Below are positions 1 through 9,394 of a stretch of DNA of 64,000 nt, one piece after another. A program made the position numbers and the translations under genes. The notes beneath the pieces are model-generated. The model was not told where the DNA came from and ran no database searches. It saw nothing but the letters and a program-made list of their open reading frames with translations. The stretch spans positions 392 to 64,391 of the forward strand of contig JAQVBZ010000006.1 in the NCBI GenBank assembly GCA_028690055.1. The letters run 5' to 3'. The stretch's first letter is position 1. Every line of letters starts with the position of its first letter. The stretch is from Minisyncoccota bacterium (lineage in GTDB: Bacteria; Patescibacteriota; Minisyncoccia; JAHIHE01; JAGLIN01).

Positions 1-86
1 AGAATGCTTGGCAAAAAATTAAAATAAATAAATAAAGACTCGATAAGTAATTGTCGAGTCTGAATTCTTTTTAGACAGATATCGGT

Positions 87-299
87 TTATCTAGAAAACC
101 ACCTATACCATGGCGTGCATGTATGTCCATAAAGCGTCTGATTCCTAAAATACCCAACAATAAATGACCTATCTTCACAGACAGAGCCACACTCCCCGAC
201 CGGCCGCGTAGTGCAAAAATATTCCCATATATAAAGTATCACCAAGATAGCGCCGATTATCATCAATAGTTTCTGTACTTTTTCCGGGGTAATTTTCAT
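87..299 (-). CDS. small hypothetical membrane protein
   Basis: 70 aa ORF with an N-terminal TM helix and four Cys; hairpin AGACTCGA...TCGAGTCT downstream at ~37-61. Confidence 0.55.
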   Translation of the reverse strand: MKITPEKVQKLLMIIGAILVILYIWEYFCTTRPVGECGSVCEDRSFIVGYFRNQTLYGHTCTPWYRWFSR

Positions 300-316
300 G
301 AATAGTTTAATTAGTT

Positions 317-814
317 TTATAAAATATTTTTGTTATTTTGATCGGACCCTTTTACCATCTCATCGATTTTCTCCGCCAGCACCGGTATCGACTGCGCAAT
401 ATAATCCACCATCTTCAAAAGCCTTTCGGATATCGTTTCCGTCATCCCCGGCACAGTTATCAAAACCGGAGTCTTTTCGTTTTTATATATCTCATTATAA
501 AGAGGAATCTCAACATTAAACTTCTCTCTCACCCATAACTGCTCTTCTGTATCCATCACGATTGCCAGATTATGCTCTTTCAATACTTCATACGTCAGCT
601 GCGTTCTCGTATACCCGACGACATCGACCCCCATCTCCTTGAGCTTCCCGATATGATCCATAGTAAAAGAGCTGACGTCACTAGTTGCGTTTATCCCGGC
701 CGAAGAAACCGCGATATCGTCTCGGTTATTTTTTCTCAGCCAATCCTCGAAAAGATATTTAGCTGTGAGGCTCCGCCCCACATTGTCGGTGCAGATGAAT
801 AGGATTTTGTACAT
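317..814 (-). CDS. low-molecular-weight protein tyrosine phosphatase / arsenate reductase family
   Basis: N-terminal ILFICTDNVGRS (CX5R P-loop) and SSAG motif. Confidence 0.85.
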   Translation of the reverse strand: MYKILFICTDNVGRSLTAKYLFEDWLRKNNRDDIAVSSAGINATSDVSSFTMDHIGKLKEMGVDVVGYTRTQLTYEVLKEHNLAIVMDTEEQLWVREKFNVEIPLYNEIYKNEKTPVLITVPGMTETISERLLKMVDYIAQSIPVLAEKIDEMVKGSDQNNKNIL

Positions 815-846
815 ATTGGATATCTTACTTTTACGCTTACCCTACC

Positions 847-1059
847 TTAATTGTCATTCCGAAATGAGGTACTCCGATTGAGGAATCTGGGACTAAACCA
901 ATTCAGTCTATATTTTGCAGTAAACTTAGACCCGAATCCATTCTTATGCTCAATTATCCTCCTAACGATATTATTAGTAAACCCCACATATAAAACATCT
1001 TTAGAATAATTAGTTAAAATATAAACATAAAATTTATATTCTTTTTGCATAAGATTCAA
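847..1059 (-). pseudogene. small GIY-YIG nuclease, C-terminally deleted; frame runs into a palindromic repeat arm
   Basis: YVYILTN...LYVGFTNNIVRRIIEHK...FTAKY motif; the catalytic Glu helix is missing; the last residues PRFLNRSTSFRND come from the repeat at 852-892. Confidence 0.8.
852..892. repeat. TGTCAT-family palindromic element, single arm abutting the GIY-YIG remnant
   Basis: tgtcattccgaaatgaggtactccgattgaggaatctggga is the reverse complement of the right arm at ~7227-7267. Confidence 0.85.
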
Positions 1060-1087
1060 TCAATATTTTAAATACCCTCTCCCGCTA

Positions 1088-1605
1088 TGTCATCCCGAAC
1101 GCCGTACCCAGTGGAGGGATCTGGGAAATGCGGAAGGTTCTTAGGACGTTATTTTTCATAAACATAACCGTTGATTTGTCATTTCGAACCGACAGCAGGG
1201 AGTGTGCGAAATCTGGGAAATGCACGATACCTATATAAGCTATATTCTTATAAACATACCTTCACACCCGCATCGTACTTTTCCCAGATTCCTCAATCGC
1301 AGTAGCTCATTTCGGAATGACAAGTAGAGAATGCATCGCCTTTTATAGCATAAGTCATGTTTCTGCCAGACCTAACGATATGTCATCCCGAACGCCGTAC
1401 TCGGTGGAGGGATCTGGGAAATGCGGAAGGTTCTTAGAACGTTATTTTTCATAAACATAACCGTTGATTTATCATTCCGAACGGATGTGAGGGATCTGGG
1501 AAATGCACGATACCTATATAAGCTATATTCTTATAAACATACCTTCACGATTGCATCGTATCTTTCCCAGATTCCGGGGTCGCAGTAGCTCATTTCGGAA
1601 TGACA
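1088..1605. repeat. tandem duplication of a composite TGTCAT-family element (units 1088-1322 and 1381-1605)
   Basis: both units read arm-spacer-arm-spacer-inverted arm with near-identical spacers (ggaaatgcacgatacctatataagctatattcttataaacatacc). Confidence 0.9.
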
Positions 1606-1627
1606 AGAAAAAGCTATCCTCATGCGA

Positions 1628-2551
1628 TTACGACAAAATCCCCTTAATAATCAAATCCTCTGCCTCTATTTTCGACAGTCCTCTTGCCATCAATGTTTCC
1701 AGTTGGCGGTTATCAACGCCTCCCAAGTTCGCTTCGTGCGTTACGCGCGCTAGAGGATGTAGTACTTCCACTTCCGGATATGCTTTTACTTTTCCATTTC
1801 CCTGTAAAATCTCCGTGCAATCGACGTGACCGAAAGAGCCGGCGGCTTTGGCCGTGATCTTGTTGTAGACTTCCGCCTTGGTCTCATCTCGCGCCGCGAT
1901 GCGAGACCGCAGGACCGCTTTAGCATTTTCACCTATAAGAGTAGCTCTTTCGCGGATATTGATTATATCCTTTCCACTACCACTTATTTTGGTGATAAAA
2001 TCACTACTGCTGTCCGCGTCACAGGAAAGATTGTAGTCGATATCGATAAGCCCCACCCTTCCACCGATAAGCTCGAGGTCAGTACGAAATCTCGCGCCTT
2101 TGCCGATCTTCACGGTCGCGTGCGGATAAACCTTACTCGTTCCTTGCGCGCTATGGATATGCTTTTCGAAATAACGGAAAGTCGAGCCTTCTTCCAACTT
2201 TATTTTCCCTTCCATCATATGTTTGCTCGGATCATTCTTTGGAAAAATACAATAGCTGAAAACATTCATCGATGCGCCCTTACCGATTACGATATTCATA
2301 TTGATCTTCTGTACTTTGCTTTTATGCAAAATTCCGAAACAGAAATGCACCGGCTTCTTGATAATGACACCCGGCAAGACTTTTACGTTGATATCCACGC
2401 CATCTTTTTGTTCTCGAAGTTTCACAACAAGTCCTTCTACGGCATTCAAAGACAAAACTTTGTTATTATCGATAAAAAGACTGGCGGTTTCCGGATCATC
2501 CAGAACGCCCTCTATTTTTGCAAAATTCAAAAGTTCGTTTATCTCTTTCAT
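1628..2551 (-). CDS. SufB/SufD-family Fe-S scaffold (SmsB-like)
   Basis: PVHFCFG, GHVDCTEI and THEA motifs; overlaps the SufC-like gene by 4 bp. Confidence 0.85.
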   Translation of the reverse strand: MKEINELLNFAKIEGVLDDPETASLFIDNNKVLSLNAVEGLVVKLREQKDGVDINVKVLPGVIIKKPVHFCFGILHKSKVQKINMNIVIGKGASMNVFSYCIFPKNDPSKHMMEGKIKLEEGSTFRYFEKHIHSAQGTSKVYPHATVKIGKGARFRTDLELIGGRVGLIDIDYNLSCDADSSSDFITKISGSGKDIINIRERATLIGENAKAVLRSRIAARDETKAEVYNKITAKAAGSFGHVDCTEILQGNGKVKAYPEVEVLHPLARVTHEANLGGVDNRQLETLMARGLSKIEAEDLIIKGILS

Positions 2552-3285
2552 ATTTTTTTGATTTTATCCTCCGTCGGCTTATTTTTGTGCGGGCAAGTCA
2601 GGCACCTATTCTTGAAATATTCCACCACGTCTTCACCCTTGCTCTCGTCGATGAGCTTGCCATCGCAGACAAGAAAAGCATGGTCCGCTTTTTTCAGGAC
2701 CTGCATATTGTGTGTGATAACAATGACCGTCGTGCCGATGCTCTTGAGATATTCCATCACGGTAAAAACTTTTTTGAGCGCTTCTACGTCCACACCTGAA
2801 TCCGGCTCGTCTAAAATAACCAATCTCGGTTTCATACAGATGATAGCTGCGAGCTCGATACGTTTTCTCTCTCCGCCACTGAGGTTCTTATCAACGGCGC
2901 GAGATAAATACTTATTCGAAGCAAGCCCGACCCTTTCCAGCGCGTCTGTGACGCTCTCTTCATTCTTCCCTTTTGCAGCCGAAAGAAAATCTTCCACTTT
3001 GAGCCCTTGAAAACGCGCCGGCTCCTGCCAAGCGAGCGTAATTCCCAGCTTCGCCCGCTGCGGCACGGATAATTTTTTTATCGATTTGCCATCAAAGACA
3101 ATATCACCGGAGATTTCCCGGTAGCCTTCCAGACCCATCAAAATATAGGCTAGGGTAGATTTTCCCGCCCCGTTCGGACCGACCAAGGCATAAGTCTTTC
3201 CCGCCTCTATTTCCAGAGAAACGTTGTCTACGAGCTTCTTGCTGCTCTTCTCCAGCGTAAGGTTTTTTATTGAAAGTATATTCAT
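2548..3285 (-). CDS. sufC: SufC-like ABC ATPase (SmsC-like)
   Basis: GPNGAGKST, WQEPARF, LSGGERKRIELA, LDEPDSG; C-terminal CLTC. Confidence 0.85.
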   Translation of the reverse strand: MNILSIKNLTLEKSSKKLVDNVSLEIEAGKTYALVGPNGAGKSTLAYILMGLEGYREISGDIVFDGKSIKKLSVPQRAKLGITLAWQEPARFQGLKVEDFLSAAKGKNEESVTDALERVGLASNKYLSRAVDKNLSGGERKRIELAAIICMKPRLVILDEPDSGVDVEALKKVFTVMEYLKSIGTTVIVITHNMQVLKKADHAFLVCDGKLIDESKGEDVVEYFKNRCLTCPHKNKPTEDKIKKI

Positions 3286-3319
3286 TTATTATGTTTATAG
3301 GTTTAACTGATATGGCTTT

Positions 3320-3348
3320 ATCTTAGCCTTGAATAACGAAATAGTCAA
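3320..3348 (-). promoter_or_regulatory. sigma70 promoter of sufC-sufB
   Basis: TTGACT-17-TAAGAT. Confidence 0.55.
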
Positions 3349-3365
3349 AAGAGCCGACAATAAGA

Positions 3366-3473
3366 TGGAGTAGCAAACTTTAGTCTGCGCTGCTATCCCA
3401 TGCGGATAAATCACAATTATATATCGCATTTGAGCACGTAAAGCAACAGCGCGGGTTCAAACCCGCTACTCCA
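3366..3473. repeat. GTAG-type REPIN-like element (TGGAGTAGC...GCTACTCCA)
   Basis: terminal inverted repeats each with an internal hairpin; homologous copies at 40217, 41122 and 55095. Confidence 0.85.
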
Positions 3474-3490
3474 CAAATACACCGCTCGTC

Positions 3491-3952
3491 TCAAAGTCCA
3501 CTCCCCACGCCTTCCGCGAACATCCGTGCCAGATCCAGCTCTTCCGCATCCGGATGATTCTTATTGATACCTCCCAACCATTTGAGTGGACCAAAAGTTG
3601 CCGATCCTAGACAGGAAAAATTACCGATCACGTCGTAATCCTTGGCCCGAAGCTTGTCCTTCAAAGCTTTATGATTCTTGTCCATCTGCACCAAGCCTTT
3701 CAAGCTGCTCGAGAAAAGAAAAACTTTTTTGCCGCTTCCGAAAGGCAGCTTGTCCACCAAAGATAACAAGTTTTGGTCGTGCTTTCCCATATAGATTCCC
3801 GACCCGAATCCGACTAGGTCATATTGACCCAAATCGCCCGCCTGGACCTTGTCCGACCCTACGATAGTCGCGCCCAGCGCCTCCGCCATCACATCGGCAA
3901 TCTTTCTGGTATTGCCTCGATGTTTTGAATCACAGATGATAAGCGTTTTCAT
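3491..3952 (-). CDS. flavodoxin family protein
   Basis: SKHRGNTRKIA FMN loop, YDLVGFGSGIY. Confidence 0.9.
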   Translation of the reverse strand: MKTLIICDSKHRGNTRKIADVMAEALGATIVGSDKVQAGDLGQYDLVGFGSGIYMGKHDQNLLSLVDKLPFGSGKKVFLFSSSLKGLVQMDKNHKALKDKLRAKDYDVIGNFSCLGSATFGPLKWLGGINKNHPDAEELDLARMFAEGVGSGL

Positions 3953-3955
3953 AGA

Positions 3956-4816
3956 TTATAGAATAGTTATGAATAAGACTCCGATTACCATTATAACACC
4001 TCCCATCAATTTCTGCTTGATTTCTTTTTCCCCGAAGATAACGCCACCGAGGATTATTGAAATCAATATTCCCAACCGCTTTATCGCGACTACATAAACC
4101 ACGAGAGTATCTTGGATAGCCAGCATCTGAAAAACCACCATCAATGTCCCCAAAATTCCAACCATAGCCAGATGGGTTTTTTCTTTCCGGATTTCTTTTT
4201 GCTGTTTTCTCATCCTTGTATAAGCGAAAGGAAAAATGAAAGTCGCTATAAGAATGTTTTCCGCCATAGCAAAAAATATCGGCGAAGAGTTCTGCAGCGC
4301 TATCTTATCCAAATTCGCAGTGATGCTCCAAATCAGAGCCGCCGCCAACATCAAACGAGGTCCTTCTTCTTTTGTAAGAACCTTGAAAGGCTTTGTCCAT
4401 CCGTCCTTCCTCTTCTTGATATTCAAAAAGTAGGAACCGAATACTATAAAGATAACCCCTATAAATCCACTTCCGCTAGGAATCTCACCGAGCATCAGAT
4501 AGCTGGTAAGCAACATAAAAAGTGGCGTAAAGGCCATCATGGGCACTGAAACTGACATATCCGAAAGAAGTGACTTGGTGGACAAAACTGCAGCTGTCGC
4601 GCTCAAAAGACAATCTAAGAATAAGACCGACCAAAAGTTTTCGCCCAAAACGGGAAAATCTATAAACAAAAAAGAAATCAATATATATACTCCCGAAAAA
4701 AAGAAAGCGAACCAAGAGACCACGTACTCATCCAGACTGCGCAAGCTTTTCTTGCTTGATACGCCTCTGAGCGCCGAAAAAAGCGCCACCAAAAGCGCAT
4801 AGACGATCCACGTCAT
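3956..4816 (-). CDS. EamA/DMT family transporter
   Basis: two 5-TM repeats, LGE and FGEK motifs. Confidence 0.85.
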   Translation of the reverse strand: MTWIVYALLVALFSALRGVSSKKSLRSLDEYVVSWFAFFFSGVYILISFLFIDFPVLGENFWSVLFLDCLLSATAAVLSTKSLLSDMSVSVPMMAFTPLFMLLTSYLMLGEIPSGSGFIGVIFIVFGSYFLNIKKRKDGWTKPFKVLTKEEGPRLMLAAALIWSITANLDKIALQNSSPIFFAMAENILIATFIFPFAYTRMRKQQKEIRKEKTHLAMVGILGTLMVVFQMLAIQDTLVVYVVAIKRLGILISIILGGVIFGEKEIKQKLMGGVIMVIGVLFITIL

Positions 4817-5310
4817 ATTCTTCCGTCTTCATATTTTACCAAGTCCGCAAACACGAAATCTTTCACATATCCTTTGTATTTTTTCAAATCTTCCCTGATC
4901 CACCCCGCCGAGATCGGCACTTTCGTCCGGTCTTTATCTACCACAACATTTTCCGCTCCCAACGCCTCCGCCAAAAACTTCCCGTAATTTTCCGAGGAGA
5001 AAACAAAATCTATTTTCACACCCTGAGGCAATTTGCTCTGCGCATAATCGATATGGAGCTTATTGATTTCCGGCGCATGCCCTGTTTTCCGCGGACCTAT
5101 GCCCGCATTCACGACTTCCATCCGCGGATATTCTTTCTTAATCCACGCCATCCGCACTTCGACCGGCACCTTGGTCACAAACGGTACGTCATAAACCAGT
5201 ACAATCAGATAATCGACTTGCGAGAGCGCCTTCTCTAGCAAGAACTGATGTCCCTCGTGCAGTGGCGCAAATTTTCCGATTACCAATCCGGTTGTTCTTT
5301 TGTCTGTCAT
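4813..5310 (-). CDS. cytidylyltransferase-like nucleotidyltransferase (NadR NMNAT-domain-like)
   Basis: GKFAPLHEGH (HxGH), FSSENYG, PISAGWIR. Confidence 0.85.
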   Translation of the reverse strand: MTDKRTTGLVIGKFAPLHEGHQFLLEKALSQVDYLIVLVYDVPFVTKVPVEVRMAWIKKEYPRMEVVNAGIGPRKTGHAPEINKLHIDYAQSKLPQGVKIDFVFSSENYGKFLAEALGAENVVVDKDRTKVPISAGWIREDLKKYKGYVKDFVFADLVKYEDGRI

Positions 5311-5318
5311 TGTATTTT

Positions 5319-5627
5319 TTATACCTTTTTAATTCCCCTCGTCCCTAAAATAAATAAAATCAAAATCATTATTTTCAAAAAATAATAACCGTCAGGGTCA
5401 ACAAAATCGCGAGTCATTGCCGTCATCCTCCCTACGGCGAGGTGAGCGAAAACACTGATCGGCAAAGTCAAAAATATCCAATTCTTTTCAGGCACTACGA
5501 GACCAAGTTTCTTGAAACCCTTAGAAAGAAACGGGGCAAGCAGACACATCCCCAGAAAAGCTAGAGCTAAATCAAAAACCGCATAATTGCCTATATGGTA
5601 TTGCCTCAAAAAATCTATTATTCCCAT
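5319..5627 (-). CDS. hypothetical membrane protein
   Basis: 102 aa, three hydrophobic segments, operonic spacing. Confidence 0.7.
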   Translation of the reverse strand: MGIIDFLRQYHIGNYAVFDLALAFLGMCLLAPFLSKGFKKLGLVVPEKNWIFLTLPISVFAHLAVGRMTAMTRDFVDPDGYYFLKIMILILFILGTRGIKKV

Positions 5628-6000
5628 ATTTTATCATTATAACCATATGAAATAGATGGATTCCCTCCCGACGCACAAAATTCATTTCATTCCAGATAAC
5701 TTCAGTATAAATTAAAAACCGGTAAAATACAACAGAAACAGCTATCACAATAGTATGGAAAAAGCATTTACCCTATAAATTGAAATCAAGAAACTGCTTT
5801 ATCGCCGATTAGAACACTGCTCAAAAACATCTTTTTCGACCTCACCCACGGCGATTGATTTTCAAATCCTTGCAAAAAGGCACGATTTTGCCTATCACCA
5901 GCCTCATTGTCGGAAGTTTTTCCACTCTGGCAATCTTTATTTTCCATTTTAGATAAAGCAATCTCAGCAAATATCAAAAGTCATATAGATCCGATAATGA

Positions 6001-6029
6001 TTGACATACGGGATGATTCCTCTTAATAT
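6001..6029 (+). promoter_or_regulatory. sigma70 promoter of the orphan gene at 6049
   Basis: TTGACA-17-TAATAT followed by a GGAGG RBS. Confidence 0.6.
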
Positions 6030-6048
6030 TCCTAGTGGAGGAAACAAA

Positions 6049-6348
6049 ATGATATTTATTTACCTGAGCGGTAAGGATATTTCTGTACAGAAAGTAGAAA
6101 AACTAAACAAAATCATCGAGGCTGAAAAATTCGCCCCCGATAGATGCAAACTATCCTTTGAAGACAAAATATTCATAATTCCAAACGCATCCAGTATAAC
6201 AGGAAGCAGCGGTAGAGACGTAGTATGTATGGAAACAAGAGCAAGCCTAGATGAACCCACGAGCAAGGTATCGGCTATTATCGAGATAATAGAAAATAAT
6301 ATAAAATTGAGCAAGGGAACCGAATTGATAAAAATGAGCCCCCTTTAA
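6049..6348 (+). CDS. orphan hypothetical protein (99 aa)
   Basis: GGAGG before ATG 6049; hairpin plus T tract at ~6376-6407. Confidence 0.6.
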   Translation: MIFIYLSGKDISVQKVEKLNKIIEAEKFAPDRCKLSFEDKIFIIPNASSITGSSGRDVVCMETRASLDEPTSKVSAIIEIIENNIKLSKGTELIKMSPL

Positions 6349-6426
6349 AACAATTACGATCTCGAAACAAAATAAAAGGAGCTATCAGATATAGCTTCTT
6401 CTTTTTTCCCTCAAATCCAGACAAAG

Positions 6427-7077
6427 TCAACCTGAAAATTCGTTCAAAGAGATATCAAATCCGAGCATATTCATATCGTTCTCAAACTGTATCTTATCTG
6501 TAAAAAGAAAACTTTGGATGCCGAACTTGGAAGCCGCCTCGACATTTCCTCTCGCATCATCGAAATAAATAATATCCCAGGTCGATATGCCGGAATTATT
6601 ACCACTAATATTTTCCAAAGCATATTCCCAGAAGCCGTCGTCGTCTTTCTTATAACCGATTTCACAAGAGAAGAAATGACCATCAAAAGACTGCTGCAAA
6701 TTCAAATCCTCCCAAAGAAACTGCGCCCGATATTTATCCTGATTGCTCGCCAGATAACATCCGATTCCTTGTTTCTTCAGCTCACCCGCCAAGGAAACCA
6801 GATCTCCATCAAGATAGCGCCTGCTAAAATCCATCTGCTCTTTAAAAAAATCATCCACTGTCCCCTGCCAGCCAAACCGCTTAAGATAAGGAACAATCAT
6901 CTCCTTCATATCCCCTTTGCCTTCGTTATAGATACGATTATTGGTGATATCATAAAATTCTCCCAGAACCTTCTTCGCTTCCGGATACCCTCGGCGTTTC
7001 ATCTCCTCCGAAAAATTATGAGGATAGCGGATCAACACGCCATCGACATCGAATAATATTATTTTAGGCTTGGACAT
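6427..7077 (-). CDS. HAD-superfamily hydrolase
   Basis: FDVDGVL motif I, ASNQ, K, FDD motif IV. Confidence 0.9.
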   Translation of the reverse strand: MSKPKIILFDVDGVLIRYPHNFSEEMKRRGYPEAKKVLGEFYDITNNRIYNEGKGDMKEMIVPYLKRFGWQGTVDDFFKEQMDFSRRYLDGDLVSLAGELKKQGIGCYLASNQDKYRAQFLWEDLNLQQSFDGHFFSCEIGYKKDDDGFWEYALENISGNNSGISTWDIIYFDDARGNVEAASKFGIQSFLFTDKIQFENDMNMLGFDISLNEFSG

Positions 7078-7135
7078 AGACCTTTAGCTTAGATTATTAT
7101 TATAGTTTTTACATAATTATACTCCTTAAAGATTC

Positions 7136-7267
7136 GTCATGTCGAACGGATGTGAGGAATCTGGGAAATGCACGATATTAACATAGATGTTATTTTAGAA
7201 ACACACATTACCTCGGTATCGCATTTTCCCAGATTCCTCAATCGGAGTACCTCATTTCGGAATGACA
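7136..7267. repeat. TGTCAT-family palindromic element
   Basis: gtcat...gaggaatctgggaaa / tttcccagattcctc...aatgaca inverted arms around an AT-rich spacer. Confidence 0.85.
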
Positions 7268-7303
7268 AAAAGAAGGTTGGCTATAGTAGCACATATATCC
7301 TTC

Positions 7304-7813
7304 CTATAGATAGATTGCAATCAACTGCCGCACGATCAGCTCTTCCGGCTTGATGTACTCGCCCTCGAAATCAAACCACACACGCAAAAAATCTTCGCGT
7401 GCAATCTTTCTTACCTTCCCGATTTCAGGATCCTGCAGATGAATATATTTTTCATCCAGTCCCGCCACGACCGAATAGTGCCCGTCTGCAACTTCGCTCT
7501 CAGAATAATCATTACGACCGCGCGAGAACCAATCTACGATAACTGGCACCTTTTTTTCAAGCCATTTATCAATATCTTCAAAAGTACTCTCGTTTTCTAT
7601 TTCAACTCTCAGACCGAAACTTTCCGCGATTCTTTTTATGTTTGCGCTGTCCGCCCCCATCTCACTGTCGATATCCAATATCCGCGCCAATTCCTGCTCG
7701 CTCTTTTTGATATCATAATAATCCAGTACAATCAAAAGACTGGCCGCTCCGCACATTCCGCGATGAAGAGTCTCCTGGAAAGGTCTCAGATTCAATATTT
7801 CTCTTCCCACCAT
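7304..7813 (-). CDS. peptidase C39 family protein
   Basis: QET...CGAASL, GHYSVVAG, QDP catalytic motifs. Confidence 0.85.
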   Translation of the reverse strand: MVGREILNLRPFQETLHRGMCGAASLLIVLDYYDIKKSEQELARILDIDSEMGADSANIKRIAESFGLRVEIENESTFEDIDKWLEKKVPVIVDWFSRGRNDYSESEVADGHYSVVAGLDEKYIHLQDPEIGKVRKIAREDFLRVWFDFEGEYIKPEELIVRQLIAIYL

Positions 7814-7819
7814 AATATT

Positions 7820-8428
7820 TTATTTTATCAAATCGAATCGCCCGCCTGTTTCACCGACAAACGCCATCCCATCCGCAAGCCTCACCACTTCCACGCCACT
7901 TGCTTTTTCGTACGCCGAAACTGCATTCTCGCTTTCGTTAGTATAATGAGGTTCGATCGCCTTATTTACAAGGTTCATAGCGGAAAAATCCGTAAGCCCG
8001 ATTTCATTCGGGTCACCTTTCGTGTGATTCAAAACCTCGATAGAATTCCCCGCGATGATACTACCCGCGCTCACACCGATGTAAAGCCCGCCTTTTTGTA
8101 AGAAATCTCTCACCACGATATCAAAACCGCTCTTTTTTGTCCAATACAAAAGATAGTAGGTGTTGCCACCATTCACGTAAACGACATCATAATCCAACAA
8201 TTCTTGCGGGTCCTGTTTTTCGATATCAAAAAATATCACGTCGCCAAAGCCCATCTCTCGGAGCTGAGAAAGTGCCAACACCGCAAACTCATTCTTTTCT
8301 TTATCCTCAGAAGCAGTGGTAATTATAGCCACCTTCCTATCGCGTAGATCCCCACTGAAAAAGTCATCAATCTTTTTCGCGATACCGGGATTACTAAAAC
8401 CGGAAGATGTGAGAATTATATTGTTCAT
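7820..8428 (-). CDS. peptidase E / S51 family
   Basis: VNGGNTYYL, GVSAGS, PHY. Confidence 0.9.
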   Translation of the reverse strand: MNNIILTSSGFSNPGIAKKIDDFFSGDLRDRKVAIITTASEDKEKNEFAVLALSQLREMGFGDVIFFDIEKQDPQELLDYDVVYVNGGNTYYLLYWTKKSGFDIVVRDFLQKGGLYIGVSAGSIIAGNSIEVLNHTKGDPNEIGLTDFSAMNLVNKAIEPHYTNESENAVSAYEKASGVEVVRLADGMAFVGETGGRFDLIK

Positions 8429-8504
8429 AATTTTATTTTTAATCTCATTATCCTAAAAACATGTTTAAATAATTCCATCTACCCGACAACCGTACCTGTC
8501 ACCG

Positions 8505-8676
8505 TGTCATCCTGAACTTGTTTCAGGATCTTTGATATATTTCACTTTAGCTTTATTTAATTCACTGTTACCAAATAATACGTTTTTATGGAATGCTGTG
8601 AAATCTTAATCTGATATTCAAGTTATAATCTTTCTACGTTGCACTTTGAGGATCCTGAAACAAGTTCAGGAGGACA
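8505..8676. repeat. TGTCAT-family element (TCCTGAACTTGTTTCAGGA subtype)
   Basis: tgtcatcctgaacttgtttcaggatc ... gatcctgaaacaagttcaggaggaca. Confidence 0.85.
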
Positions 8677-8725
8677 AATATAAAACAACGGACCAAAAAC
8701 AACAGGCGCAAAAGCAAACGAACAA

Positions 8726-9319
8726 CTACGCCACCCTCTTTTTAAACTCCTCAATAATATTCTCCGCGCCTTTTTCCATTACCATCTCCCACGCCCGTTT
8801 ATATGCTGGATACTCTTTTGCATAGCCTATCTCCCTGCGCAATCTGTTCTCATCGAACAATTTCATGAATACCTGGTAATGGATAGCATGGACCGGGATG
8901 TGAATGATCGTGTTCTCCTCCTCAGCTTTATATTTCCTATAAAAGTATGCCCACGCATTGTATAGTTCGCCCTGTTTACTATTCTGTATATAAATCTGAT
9001 GAATCAGCTCATGTGTCAAAACATCGACGACATAATCAATCGGATAATCGTCATATACCATAATGGTCAAAGGATAAGAAAAGGCGATGGACCTCCCCAC
9101 GACAAAACACTGAATCTTCTTTTCTTGCCATTTAAGCCCGGAGGACTTTTCTATTTCTCTCAATATTTTCTCTCCGTCCTCTTTCCAAACCCTTTCAATC
9201 TTTTTTATCTTTCCCGCCAATGTTTTATACGGAGGGTATTCTTTTTTAAGGGCCGTAAAATATTCTCTCCATTTTTCATCATAAATCCTGGAATTGCAAA
9301 ATTCTATTTTTGGTATCAT
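8726..9319 (-). CDS. hypothetical HExxH zinc metallohydrolase-like protein
   Basis: THELIH motif and downstream HIPVHAIH. Confidence 0.65.
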   Translation of the reverse strand: MIPKIEFCNSRIYDEKWREYFTALKKEYPPYKTLAGKIKKIERVWKEDGEKILREIEKSSGLKWQEKKIQCFVVGRSIAFSYPLTIMVYDDYPIDYVVDVLTHELIHQIYIQNSKQGELYNAWAYFYRKYKAEEENTIIHIPVHAIHYQVFMKLFDENRLRREIGYAKEYPAYKRAWEMVMEKGAENIIEEFKKRVA

Positions 9320-9394
9320 ACCTATAAAATTAACGGCTTACTCCCTAGAAACATTATAACACCGGCAAAATAAAAAGGCGAAAAGGTTGAGCCT

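Noticed and set aside
852-1605. CRISPR array
   Set aside because: Repeats vary in sequence, occur in both orientations and have duplicated spacers; no cas genes are present.
1503-1829. ORFs ending or passing through PRFxxRSxSFRND (also 7168-7353, 26505-26762, 26689-26913, 42485-42688, 52000-52188)
   Set aside because: They are translations of the palindromic repeats, not genes.
3445-3473. tRNA 3' half (GGTTCAAACCC...CCA)
   Set aside because: It is the REPIN terminal hairpin; there is no D arm or anticodon arm.
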